Below are positions 40,078 through 53,656 of a stretch of 64,000 nucleotides of DNA, one piece after another (positions within the stretch are counted from its first letter, which is position 1; the number at the start of each line of letters is the position of its first letter). The position numbers and the translations under genes are program-made. The notes under the pieces are model-generated. The model was not told the origin of the DNA. It ran no database searches and was given only the letters and a program-made list of their open reading frames with translations. Source of the stretch: Octopus vulgaris (taxonomy: Eukaryota); contig OX597821.1 in NCBI GenBank assembly GCA_951406725.2, positions 70,122,001 through 70,186,000 of the forward strand, written 5' to 3'.

Positions 40078-40310
40078 ACAATCATAGTTGTCGCCGAGAA
40101 TTAGATTTCCTTCACAAATACTTATACTTTTTCCAGCGCCCACTGTCGCTGATATTGAAAAAGTGAAATCAAACAATGAAAAAATATCAAAGTGAGTTAT
40201 ATACAGTAGCGGTAACACATCGTGACGTATTTTTGCCATTTCAATATGGCTAACCCCTAAGTATAAGTATTTGTGAAGGAAATCTAATTCTCGGCGACAA
40301 CTATGATTGT

Positions 40311-40355
40311 CACACGCTGACGAGAGGTCAATACCTCGAAACTCGAGTCCGTGTG
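40311..40355 (+). ncRNA. Canonical type I hammerhead ribozyme
   Basis: cacacg-CTGACGA-gaggt-caat-acctc-GAAAC-tcga-GTC-cgtgtg; perfect stems, palindromic loop 3. Confidence 0.92.
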
Positions 40356-40516
40356 TATCATAAGTTGAAGACGGGAAGGATGACTTCCCTTTGCAAATAC
40401 TGACAGGACACAGAAAGTGTGTCTATGGCCAGCTGGAGGAGTGTGTCCTCCTGGGGCTAAAAACTACAGTAGCATCCACCCTTAGGGGTTAGCCATATTG
40501 AAATGGCAAAAATACG

Positions 40517-40631
<115 letters not shown>

Positions 40632-41074
40632 ATATATATATATATATATATAGTTTATTCTTGTGTTGGATTAAAAGCATCCATCATTATACATGTTTCA
40701 ATTTTGAAGTCTATCTATTTCGTCGGTTATAATGATAATAAAACTACATTCATGCTGTGAGTGTTCATAGGGATGTATATATCTATGAATGTATCCATGT
40801 GAATAGATATAAGAGGGCGTGTTATAGGTGTGAATTACGCCAATATCAACGCACACACATGTAGCTTTAGTCGTCACTCGCATGCGTGTAAAACCCAGTA
40901 ACATGTAGCATGCATTCACTGCCTCGAAAGGCGAAATGAAACGATTCGATATGGTTGTTCGGACGGCGAGTATTTGGCACGGTTAAATGGATATTCAGCT
41001 TGTTTTGGCGATTGTACGTTTTGGTTCTGGAGACGAAGTGTGCGAGTGCGCACGCAGAAATATGTACACATTCA

Positions 41075-41705
41075 GAGTGAGCGGGAGAGAGGAAGGGAGA
41101 GGTAGAGTGAGAGGGAGAGGTAGAGGGAGAAAGGAAGGGAGAGAGAGAGAGAGGAAGGGAGAGGTAGAGAGAGAGAGGATGGGAGAGGTAGAGAGAGAGG
41201 GAGAGGTAGAGGGAGAAAGGAAGGGAGAGAGAGAGAGAGGAAGGGAGAGGTAGAGAGAGGGGGATATGTTGGGAGAGGTAGGGAGATGGTGAGGAAGGGA
41301 GAGGTAGGGAGAGAGAGAGGAAGGGAGAGGTAGAGAGAGAGAGGAAGGGAGAGGTAGAGAGAGAGAATAAGGGAGAGGTAGAGAGAGAGAGAGGAAGGGA
41401 GAGTTAGAGAGAGAGAGAGGAGGGGAGAGGTAGAGAGAAGTTGAGAGAGGAAGGGAGAGGTAGAGAGGGAGAAGAAGGGAGAGGTAGAGAGAGTGACGAA
41501 GGGGTAGAGAGAGAGGAAAGGAGAAGTAGAGAGAGAGAGTAAGGGAGAGGAAGGGAGAGTTAGAGAGAGAGAGGAAGGGAGAGGTAGAGAGAGAGACGGA
41601 GGGAGAGGTAGAGAGAGAGACGAAGGGCGAGGTAGAGAGAAAGAGAGTAAGGGAGATGTAGAGAGAGAGAGAGAGAGTAAGGGAGAGGTAGGGAGAGAGA
41701 GGTTA
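41075..41705 (+). repeat. Polypurine minisatellite (GGGAGAGGTA(GA)nGGAA)
   Basis: Direct reading; about 630 bp, almost all purine on the + strand. Confidence 0.9.
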
Positions 41706-41834
41706 GAAATGTAACTGAATGCTTGCACACATGTTGTTTGAGTGACAGACTGACAGACAGAGGGAAAAAGCAGTCACAAACAAGCAGTGAAAGACAGGCA
41801 GGCAGAGAAAGAAAGAGAACGGGAGAAGCAATAA

Positions 41835-42832
41835 AATGCCTGATATGAAACAAGTCTGGCTAGCCACCCTTGCAAGCTACGCAGACGATACGAAAGTCTC
41901 GCAGAAAATACAGAATCCCTGGGTTGTTGCACACCTGCAGCAGGAGTTGAACTCAATTTATAGATGGGCTGAGGATAATGATATGCAATTTAATGCTGGA
42001 AAATCCCAATCCCTGCGCTACGAGCGCCCAACACTGAAAGTAAAACTTACGGGGTACACTGGCCCACAGGGAATTACAATCCCAGAGCTTAAATCAGTGC
42101 GGGACTTGGCTATCGACATGAATGATGATACCCCTTTCCAAGTGCACATTACCAAGATGGCGACAAAGTGCCGACGGCTGGATGGATGGATCCTGAGAAC
42201 GTTCAGAACCAGAGAGAAGGAAACCTTGATGGTCCTCTGGAGGATATTCAACCTCAACCGCCTGGACTACTACTCCTAGCTATGGTCACCCCACAGTATA
42301 AAATTAACAGCGGATCTTGAAGCAATCCAGCGAAGCTTCACAAAGAAAATCGTCTCAGTGCAACAGCTCAGCTACTGGGATATGCTGAAACAGCTAAGAC
42401 TTTACTCCCTGGAACGAAGGCAGGAGAGATATGCAGTTATATATATCTGGTGGTTCCTAGAAGTGATTGTGCCAAATTTTGGCATTGATATCTACACAAA
42501 TGCCAGAACGGATCCCAGCAATGCCATCGCGCTTCACGACCAGTTACTGCAACAACGTGGGTTTCAGGGGCCTGCAGCTTTTTAATATTTTTTCCCTAAG
42601 AGCCTGTGGGCCCGCCACAAGGTGGACGTAGGTGCTTTCAAGTTAAAATTGGATCTCTTCCTCTCAAGAGTCCCAGATTAACCTACCCTGCGGTAGGAGA
42701 TGCAATTGAGGGTAGCGACATCACATCAAACTCCCTTATTCACCAAATGCTACATATCAGAGGAGGAGGCTCTCAACAACAGAGTAGCAAAATGGCGGTG
42801 CCCCAGCATGGTCACAGCTCGGATGTGAAACT

Positions 42833-42835
<3 letters not shown>
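41835..42835 (+). mobile_element. 5'-truncated CR1/L2-like LINE
   Basis: LASYADDTK, GWILRTF, RLDY.S.LWSP, LYSLERRQERY; 3' tail shared with 48308-50100. Confidence 0.9.
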
Positions 42836-42873
<38 letters not shown>

Positions 42874-42963
42874 CGGAGATGTACTTACATAGCAAGTGAC
42901 CTGATCTGAGATCGTGTGCTGGAACGAAAATAATTGCAGCGTAGAATGTGTTTCGTACGGAAT

Positions 42964-43014
42964 TTTGTCAGTGAATAGGTCACAGTCTCAAAGCGATGAA
43001 AATATTTTGACAAA
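42964..43014 (+). ncRNA. Type I hammerhead motif with swapped 3-8 pair
   Basis: tttgtca-GTGAATA-g-gtcac...gcgat-GAAA-atat-TT-tgacaaa; 7-bp stem I. Confidence 0.6.
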
Positions 43015-43092
43015 TTAAATTTAAATGTTGAAGTGAATCTAACGGTTTTTGTGTTTCTTAAATGGCTTATAAACACCTTCCACGCTGCAATT

Positions 43093-43149
<57 letters not shown>

Positions 43150-43486
43150 AATACACTTACTTTCATCTGAAGTTTTCCTCGCTGATGAAGGAAAAATGCT
43201 TTTAGAATAATCCAGAAATCGGGCTGATACGGAGATATTTAAATTTTCATGAATTTCTGTTGGCTCGCTTCTTCGCTTTCGACACGTGTAAATAATAATA
43301 GTCAAAATATTTTAATGCCGTTAGATGATTTAGCATCTATTGCAGTATATTGGTAAAGAAATTTTTTTTTAGCCTTGTTTATAATTGTATTTATAACTTC
43401 ACCTTTAAGGGTACCTTTTAATATGCTGGCCATTGATAAATTTCTTTCTTTTTAAAATTTTTTCCTTATATTTGAAGTGTATATAT

Positions 43487-43518
<32 letters not shown>

Positions 43519-43534
43519 CACTTCAAATATGAGG

Positions 43535-43575
<41 letters not shown>

Positions 43576-43631
43576 TATGTGTGTGTATGTATGTATATAC
43601 ATATATATTCAGAGTGTTTTGGAAATTCCTT

Positions 43632-43710
43632 GATACAGTTAAGGTTGAGAAAAATTGGGAACAAACAGTGTCTGTGTTTGTTCCCAATTTTTCTCAACCT
43701 TAACTGTATC
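43632..43710. repeat. Perfect ~36-bp-arm hairpin
   Basis: GATACAGTTAAGGTTGAGAAAAATTGGGAACAAACA ... TGTTTGTTCCCAATTTTTCTCAACCTTAACTGTATC. Confidence 0.9.
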
Positions 43711-44045
43711 CACTCACACACAGGGGTATATATATACACACATACATGTAATATAATATTCGACGGGTTTTTTTTTCCAATTTCCGTCAACCAAATATAC
43801 TCACAAAGCTTTGGTAAAATCGAGCATATATACAAGATACCTTCCAAATGTGTGACGCAGTGGGATTGAACACGGGTGTATGTGGTTATGAAACAACTTT
43901 ATTGCCAACCAGCCACGCCTACATACATGCATACATACATACATGCATGCATACAAACATACATACATGCATACATACATACATACATACATACATACAT
44001 ACATACATACATACATACACACATACATACATACACGCATACATA

Positions 44046-45311
44046 TCAGGTCATCCCATAAGTTCTGCCCGAATTTTGAATAATGGAAACAAGTGATCAA
44101 ATGTTTTATTTAATTGAAAGTTAATCATCAATGTACTTTCGCTGATTATCTATGACTTCCTTCCATCTATTTAAAAGCTTTTAAATCCCATGAATGTAAA
44201 ACTCTTTTGCTTTCAAAGCGAAGAACTCTGAAATGTCAGTTTCGACCTCCTCCTGGCTTGTGAAAGTTATGTCCCGCAAATGATTCTGTAAACTACGAAA
44301 CAAATGATAGTCTGAAGGAGCAAGGTCGGGAGAATAAGGTGGATGAGGAATTTTTGCACAACCAAGCACTTCGATCTTCTGTGATGTGATCTTTGCAGTG
44401 TCGGATCGCACATTGTTCTGATGAAACATCACTCCTTTTTCGATTCACTAAAGCAGGTCTTTCTTTTTTCAAAGCTTGGTTCAAACACTCTAATTGCTGA
44501 CAGTAGACTTGAGCATTGATTGTTGCATTAGGTGGTAACAATTCAAAGTGAATTACTCATTTGCAATCCCACCAGATAGAGAGAAGAACCTTTTTTCCAT
44601 GAAGTTCCCTTTTCAGTTGTGGGTGAGGTTTTTCCCTTTTACCAAGGCACTTTTTACGACGGTTAACATTTTGATAGAAGATCCATTTTTCGTAACCACA
44701 AGTCTATTCAAAAAGGGTGAAATGAGTTCGCGAGAATGGAGAGAAGAGCAGATGTCAACTAGGGATTTGCAGTTGCTTTCGGACAATTCATGAGGCACTC
44801 ATTTTTCAAGTTTAGGAATCTTTCCAAGTTGTTGAAGATGACGATGAACAGTTGTATGGTTTGAACTAAGCTTTATTGCAAATTCTTCAACTGATAATGC
44901 AGGATTTTCTTCAAGTAATTCCTCAAGGAGTTTATCATCAAACTCAACTGGACGTTCTGTTCGATCTTCATCTTCAAGGCTGAAATCTCCACTTCTGAAT
45001 TTTGCAAACCATCTTCTGCAAGTTCTTTTATTCAAGCATTATTTCCCACAAACTGAATGTATGTTTCTAGTCGCTTCGGCTGCAGAGTTTTCTTTTCTGT
45101 ACTCATAAAGCATTATGTGCCTCAAATGCTCTTTGGATACTTCCATTTTAGAAATTTTAATACTTTTATTCTGTAAAATAATATTTAATTAGTTTAGTTG
45201 TACATAAATGCATAAAAATAGTTTTTAATTTCATTAGACATTTTAAAATACTATTAAATTTCATTCAATTTAAAAAAGGTAAAATTGGACAGAACTTATG
45301 GGATGACCTGA
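44046..45311 (-). mobile_element. Full-length mariner transposon
   Basis: TIRs TCAGGTCATCCCATAAGTTCTG / CAGAACTTATGGGATGACCTGA, TA duplication on both sides, inserted in (TACA)n. Confidence 0.95.
44121..45146 (-). pseudogene. Mariner transposase, frameshifted
   Basis: MEVSKEHLRHIML, RRWFAKFRSGDFSLEDE.R.ERP, PHELSE, INAQVYCQQL, HPPYSPDLAPSDYHLF; split over at least four ORFs. Confidence 0.92.
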
Positions 45312-45384
45312 TACATACATGCATGTATACATACATACATACATACATACATACATACATACATACATACATACATACATACGT

Positions 45385-46570
45385 GTGATATTGTCAATTT
45401 TTACCCGTCAATATCTAAGCCTTTGCAAGGAAATACGATGATTCTACCAGTGTCAAAAAGAGTGAGGATTCTCTTTTCGATGTACCGATGGGGGCTTATG
45501 ATGGGGCGGAGTTGTGTATGTTTATAGGAACATATTTTGCATAACCTGCATCTAAAATTCCCTTTTAAAGATGCAGGATTATACAGAGATGTCGGTCACT
45601 CTAATTTAAACGGCCACAATTCAGATTAATTTAGGAAGAATCTGATTACTTTCTTCCAAAGAACGGGCTTACGGATTACGATAGAAAGTAAGCTTAATAA
45701 CGTTGACTTTTTAGATATCAACTCAGATTTGCAATCAGATAAATTTAAACCTTACCGTAAGCCCAATGAAAAGCTATGTTGTTTTAGCAAAGAATCTAAT
45801 TCTTAAGAACCTAGTTAGTAATGTGGGAAGGCGAATATCATCAATTTCTTCAGATGAGACAGCATTTCAAAACGTCGTGCCATATTATAATAATGCATTA
45901 AGGAAAAGTGGATTCTCGGAAAAGATCCAGTATAGTCAAGCTAATTCTAACAATAATAGACAACGTAGAACTAGACCTAGGAAAGTTTTGTGGGTTAACC
46001 TCGCATTTAATATTGCCGTGAAAACTAATATAGGTGGGGAATACATGAAACTAGTTTCTAATTTTCAGTCTAGCCACAAGTTCTACAGAATTGTTAATAG
46101 AACACTGAAGATTTGCTATTCTTGTTGCAAAAACTTCACCACTTTCATTAATCGGCATAACACGAAAATTTTTACAAACACCCACAATACTGAATCTAAT
46201 CTGAGGAACTGCATCTTCAAAGTTAAGACTTGTCTGTTGGAACGTAGATGTCTTGAAATAGGAATTGTTTACAGAGCTAAAGTCCAGAGGAATACAAAAC
46301 ATATACAGGGGCTTCGGAAAATTCATTCAGGACTCGATTCTATGCCCACCGAAATTCTTTCCGATACCCCGAGAATAGGACAGCAACTAGACTTGCAAAG
46401 CATGTCTGGCAAGTGAAAGAGAATGACACCCGTCCTTTCAGTGTAACCGGGGAAATTCTAGAAAAAGCATCATCATACGAACATGGAGTTTCAAAAAGAG
46501 CCATGAAATGTAATCTTTGCCTCTCAGAACCAGAGACGCGAGCTCTTAAATTCCTGCAGGCACGCCGCGA
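45385..46570 (+). pseudogene. Penelope-like element RT plus GIY-YIG endonuclease relic
   Basis: DIVNFYPSI, FDVPMGAYDGAELC, GLYRD, VDFLDI, ORF 45766-46416 (RRISSISSDE..F..YNNAL.KSGF, RKVLW.N...VKTNIG, Cys-rich linker, IVYRAKV), CNLCLSE, SCRH. Confidence 0.85.
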
Positions 46571-46941
46571 GGTTTAAAACGTCAACCGATAAAATATTGT
46601 ATGGGTAAAATATTTTGACTTTCGGAAAAGTTTGACTGTCGCATTTGAAATTGACTTTACACCTTAAAGTTATTTTGTATTAAGGAAGCCTTTGAGTGGT
46701 TTACAAATTTAAGCTTAAGCTTCGCCGAGGTTTATTTTTATTGTTCACTCACGCATTTAATTATGTTATATTAATTTATATTAATTTATTGTGCAATTTC
46801 TTTATTTTAGCATTTTAATATTATATATATACCAGACAGTTCTTTTTAATGTTTGCGTATATGATGTATATATCTTGATGTGAAAATATATATATGTGTG
46901 TGTGTGTATTGTAGGTATGTGTATTCATATGTATGTGTGTA

Positions 46942-47011
<70 letters not shown>

Positions 47012-48307
47012 TGTGTACGTATATATGTATATATGTGTGTGGGCATATATTTGATGCGTGTCAATATGTGTCTGTATTTGAATGTATGTTTGTATTTATG
47101 TAGATCTGCATGTAATTTTATCTGTGCCTTTCGCACGCTGAACGAAGTTTCTAACTTTCGTTAGGTTCTTATACGAACGCCAATCATTTCACTCTATCTC
47201 TATTTGTTTTTTCTCTAATTTTCTGTTTCTTTTCTTATATTTTCTTCTTTTCCCTTTTTCTCCCCCCACCTCAAAACTTGTTATTCTATTATTTTTTTCC
47301 TTTTCTTTCTTTCGCCTGTAAGAACTAAGTTGTATAAGCATACACCAGGAGGTTTTGCGTGCGTATATATACATATATATGCATTTGTATATATATTTGT
47401 TTTGCCTATATATATATCTGTATACGTATGGAGCCATGTACCTACGTCTGTATGTTTGGTGTGTATATATACGTATATTATAGATTGTATTATAAATATG
47501 TATGTATTCCTAAATGTATGTGTATTTTAGCGTGAAAAAAAAACCCGGATATTTCTTTTAATTTATTAAGTTATAATTATTTTAAGAACTAGTTATTTAC
47601 CCTGAGTATTTTTGGTTTGAGGTTTTCTTCGATTTTTATAATATGATTTTTTACGCAATTTGTTATTTCATGCCACCGGTTATTGAAAGGGCCGTTAGTT
47701 GAAAGGACCAATGAAACAAGACTATTTTCAAATGGGTATCTATCAAAGTAATTGTATTTCTGCATATAACTTCAACTTGCTCCAATCTAAACAAAACTGT
47801 CTGTACTCTTTCGCCACAACTTTCTCTCCCTTTTTCTTCTGTTGCCCTGATCGCTTAGCCAGCGGGTGGCGTCACCTGAAGGCTAAAACAAGGCGAAGCG
47901 CATTGTGACCAGCGATGTGTAGCAACATCTGATAGCCTGTTCGGTCACGGTGATCACGGTGATTATATATTTATATATATATATATATATAAAGTAATAG
48001 TAATAATAATACTTGGGTGGAATTTTATAGATTCCATCCAAGGGGTTGTTTCGGTACACTCACTGCAGTAAAATAACCCTAGAATACTCATCTCGTCCAT
48101 ACAGGCAACAGACAACGTTTGCCGGAGTAACAATACATAACTGTCGTAGAGTAATGCGGTAGGCGATACAGGCACACGTTCGCTGCTGCGGTGATCCCGT
48201 CTATCTTCTCACCTTACCATCCGCTACGCACAATTGTTTCCTTATCGCTAACATCCGTAATGAGTGGTAACCATTCCGATATCTTTGACACCAACATATT
48301 CATATAT

Positions 48308-50100
48308 AGTCCAACTAAGATCACTGAGATGCTGAATGACCAGTTCAAAAGTGTCTTTACCATCCCGTTGGAACACAGACAAGTGAACGAACCAGTGGAC
48401 TTCTTTGCCACCTCACCTATAACCAGCGAGGCGGTTACAATAGAATGCATTGACATTAGCGAAGATGTCCTACTAGCCATAGATGAAGTGGACACAAACT
48501 CAACTGCTGGTCCAGATGGTTTCCCTGCAATCCTCCTCAAAGCGTGTAAGCATGCCCTGGCAAAACCCCTCAAGATTCTCTTCCAAAGCTTTCTTACAAA
48601 TGGCAAGCTGCCAAGCAAGCTGAAGGAGGGAATAATATGCCCAATACATAAAGGGGGAAGTAGAGCAGATGCCAAAAACTATAGGCCTATCTCTCTGACT
48701 TCACACATCAACAAAGTCATGTAACAGACAATCAGAAAGAAACTAATCGCATTCTTTGAGGAAAATATTTTGATGGTTTTCGACCAGATAGGATCTGCCT
48801 GACCCAGCTCTTACAACATTATGACTGGGTGTTGAGGCAGTTACTCAAAAAATCAAATGTGGACGTAATCTACCTTGATTTTGCAAAAGCTTTTGACAAG
48901 GTGGATCATGGTATGATATGCCACAAACTGCATGACCTCAGCACCTCTATGAACACACAAATAGTGAGTGGTGTTCCACAGGGCACTGTCTTGGGACCAC
49001 TGCTCTTTATAGTGGCCCTCTCAGATATGCCCTCAAATGCCCAGATAGCCACTCTGGCAAGCTATGCAGACGATACGAAAGTCTCGCAGAAAATACAGAA
49101 CCCCAGCGATGTTGCACACCTGCAGCAGGAGTTGGACTCAATCTACAGATGGGCTGAGGATAATAATATACAGATTAATGCTGAAAATTTCCAGGCCCTG
49201 CGCTACCAGCATCCAAAACTGAATATTAAACTTACAGGATACACCGGTCCACAAGGAATTTCAATCCCAGAGCCCAACACTGAAAGTAAAACTTACGGGG
49301 TACACTGGCCCACAGGGAATTAGAATCCCAGAGCTTAAATCAGTGCGGGACTTGGCTATCGACATGAGTGATGATACCTCTTTCCAAGTGCACATTACCA
49401 GGATGGCGACAAAGTGCCGACGACTGGCTGGATGGATCCTAAGAACATTCAGAACCAAAGATAAGGAAACCATGATGGTCCTCTGGCGGTCATTCGTCCT
49501 CAGCCGCCTAGATTACTGCTCACAGCTATGGTCACCCACCAGTGTGAGATTAACAGTGGACCTTGAAGCAATCCAGAAAAGATTCACAAAGAAGATCGTC
49601 CCATTGCAACAGCTCAGCTACTGGGAAAGGTTGAAACAGCTAAGACTCTACTCCTTGGAGAGAAGACGGGAGAGGTATGCAGTAATATATGTCTGGAAGA
49701 TCCTGGAAGGAATTGTGACAAATTTTGGCATTGAAAGCTACACCAATGCCAGAACGGGACGACACTGCATAATGCCAAAGATCCCAGCAATGCCATCACG
49801 CTTCAGGAGCAGCTTCTGCAACAGCCTGGGTTTCAAGGGCCCACAGCTTTTTAATATTCTCCCAAAGAGTCTGAGAAACTTGCACAAAGTAGATGTAGCA
49901 GTTTTTAAATCAAAGCTGGACATCTTCCCGTCGAGAGTTCCAGATAAACCTACCTCACGGCAAGAGGTGCAAATGAGAGTAGCTATATCAAACTCCATTC
50001 TTCACCAAGTGCCACATATTAGAGGAGGTTCTTCGCAATAACAGTGTAGCACAAGGCGGCGGTGCATCAGCATGGCCGCGGCTCTGAGCTGAAACAAACA
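48308..50100 (+). mobile_element. CR1/L2-like LINE, 5'-truncated, with internal deletion and duplication
   Basis: AGPDGFPA, NYRPISLTS, YLDFAKAFDKVDH, SGVPQGTVLGPLLF, YADDTK, SRLDYCSQLWSP, LYSLERRRERY; A-rich tail. Confidence 0.92.
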
Positions 50101-50514
50101 AAAAAAAAGACACACATTCATACAATGAAAAACACACACACACACATTGTCTGTGTAAATATAAATATACAACTAATAAATCGTTGTCGCTCGATTAATT
50201 TTTGCCGCCGGTGCTATCAGATGATATTAAATCTTTCCCTTCCGTATCTCCAATGAAAATAAAGGAAAGCGATAAAAAGTAGGCGAACGAAAATACATAA
50301 ACAACCCTGCCTACCTCCTCTAATTCTCACACAACCTGGATAAACAATGAAATCTTAACTCCACACACATTTTACATTCATAATTTCAGATTTATTTTTT
50401 TATAAATTATTTCACGAATGACAAAACGGTGCAGGATTTGGCAGAATCGGGAGGTCGCTCGACTGCGTGATACTTGCGATATTTGTTTAGTTCTTTTATA
50501 TTCAAGTTTTTAAC

Positions 50515-50708
50515 TTGTTTCAACCATTAGAATGCGGCCATGCTGGGGTACCACCCTAAAGAGTTCTAGTCGAAAGAATCGACCCCAGTACTTACATTTT
50601 AAGCCTGGCCACTTATTATATCAGTTGTTTTGCTAAACCGATAGCTTACGGGGACGCAAACACACCAACACCGTTTGCAAAGCTGTAATGGGGAACAAAC
50701 ACAAACAC

Positions 50709-50750
<42 letters not shown>

Positions 50751-51105
50751 TTTCTCTCCTTTATTTTCTCTCCTTTTTTTTCTCTCCTTGTTTCTTTCTG
50801 TGTCCCTTTCTGTAGAAGAGCGTAGGCTCGAAACACAAAAGACTTTTTCTATTACTGAGCGTTATACTAATACATCTGTTTGTTTTCTACATCACCTGTC
50901 TTCGTCTTTTGTTTTTTTCGTAAACTCTCCCTATATATACGACGGGTTTCTTTCAGTTTCCGTCTGCCAGATCCACTCATAAGAATTTGGTCGGCCCGTG
51001 GTTATAGTAGAGTAGTAGAAGACACTTGCCCAAGGTGACATATAGTGAGATTGAACCTGGAACCATGTAGTTGAGAAGCAAACCTCTCACCACTCAGCTA
51101 TACCT
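50515..51105 (-). mobile_element. SINE family B split by a hammerhead element (50750-50930, +)
   Basis: Tail 50515-50705, head 50940-51105; insert carries cttt-CTGTAGA-a-gagc-gtag-gctc-GAAAC at 50806-50841. Confidence 0.75.
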
Positions 51106-51390
51106 TGCGTACATTTATTCCACGTTTTATGTTGAAAATTATATCAAAGTCAAATGTGCTTTACATTATGCTGGGATCGCTCAAACGTATTGAAATCGAT
51201 TTAATCGATGAAACCGATTATTCTCTGTTAAAGAAATCTGAAACGTATTGCTTCAATCAGACATTATTCCATATTTCATAAATTACTGATACATCGATAT
51301 TGTTCCTTTTCGATGTTGTGATACGCGGCAGGATAAAACTCTACATACAAAATCAGCAACACTGTATGACCATGAAGTAATTACACTGTA

Positions 51391-51436
<46 letters not shown>

Positions 51437-51440
<4 letters not shown>

Positions 51441-51658
51441 GTTGTTTACTGTCAACTTAACGTGACAGTCCTGTAAGGGAATTTCACCACCGCTGTTTAA
51501 CCCTAGGAAGCATCGACGCTTCCTGTCGGCTTTGACACATTTCCTGTGTCAGAAATGTGTCTAAGCAGACAGGAAGCGTCGATGCTTCCTAGGGCTAAAC
51601 AGCGGTGGTGAAATTCCCTTACAGGACTGTCACGTTAAATTGACAGTAAACAACCACT
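51437..51658. repeat. Fold-back element, ~108-bp arms, abutting (TA)n
   Basis: AGTGGTTGTTTACTGTCAA...GACACATTTC / GAAATGTGTC...TTGACAGTAAACAACCACT; partial similarity to 39920-39985. Confidence 0.85.
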
Positions 51659-51918
51659 CTATCGCTCCACCACCGTACATATCTCTTTGAGATATTTAGA
51701 AATTTAATATTTCTGATTTATATATATATTATATATATAAAGCGGGATGACCACTAAGTGGACATCCACTATGCCAGAATTCATCCCACTTAGTGGTCAT
51801 CTCTTATATGTAGGTAATATAATTTTTCTGAATCTTCAGATTTTTCTTTATGCTAGACCACTGGTTCTAAATTGATATTAATCAAATTAACATTCAATTT
51901 TTCACCGTTATTATTTTA

Positions 51919-52760
<842 letters not shown>

Positions 52761-52802
52761 TATATGCATATATATACATGTGTGTGTGTGTGTGTGTGTG
52801 TG

Positions 52803-52950
52803 TGAGGAAAGTGATAGCTTAATGGTTTGAGCACGCAAACGGAAATTGAGAGGTACAGGTTTCGATTCCCTGTGGAGGCTTGCTGACCACTTTTTAATGG
52901 CAGCGCTCCAGCATGGCCGCAACTCTTGAGCCAAAACTAGTAAAGGAAAA
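52803..52950 (+). mobile_element. Short tRNA-derived SINE with CR1-like tail
   Basis: TAGCTTAATGG A-box, GGTTTCGATTCC B-box, tail GCGCTCCAGCATGGCCGCA. Confidence 0.65.
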
Positions 52951-53656
52951 CTATAAATATGGTTATTTAATATGGTTATATTTAATCCGTAATTGTTAGT
53001 CCGACAAAATTTATTGTTCGCGAAGAACCATGGATAAAACAAAGTATACATTTGTGGTGCGAAGAAGAATTCTGAATGTGAAATGTTTATGCATTCACAA
53101 ACGTATCTCTGAGTTCTTCATTTTTATTCGCTAACGACAGCTTTTGTTTTCAAATTGTCACTCCTGGAACATATGTCGTAGGTACGCAAAAATAGCATTG
53201 CGAATAAAAAAAAAATATTTAGATAATTTCAAATATGATTGAGGCATAATTAACTTTTACAAAGGCTGTGTTTGCCATGGGAACCTTTTTTTGCAATAGG
53301 TATTGAAGAACATCAACAATCAGTACATGGCACCATCTGACGGCAGAACGGTGAACGCACTTCTCGCTCCGTGGCAATCATCGGCACTGTCTATTGCAAG
53401 AGATACAACCTTGAAAGGACTATATAATTGTTTCTTTATAGCCAATCAACATCAGAACACGATGTGATCATGCCCGACGCCGAACCCGGGTTGAACAAAA
53501 GTTTGCACTGGGTGCACGAAGGCATTGTTGCAAAGAGACAAACATTTAGATCAGTTGAAAGGTTTGGGGGACATTTGAGACACTTAAAAAGGCCGTATTC
53601 GGTGCTAATGCCGCTATGATTAGCAGTGACAATAAAGCAGCAAGCTGAGAAAATCT

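Noticed and set aside
43176-43230. CTGATGA-a-gga...tcc-a-GAAATCGGGC in a TA-flanked element (similar cases at ~30930, ~33125, ~37515, ~58773)
   Set aside because: No valid stem III/UH site in these copies; possibly decayed but unsupported
53280-53640. Possible LINE endonuclease remnant
   Set aside because: Only a vague TW.H-like string; too degenerate to call
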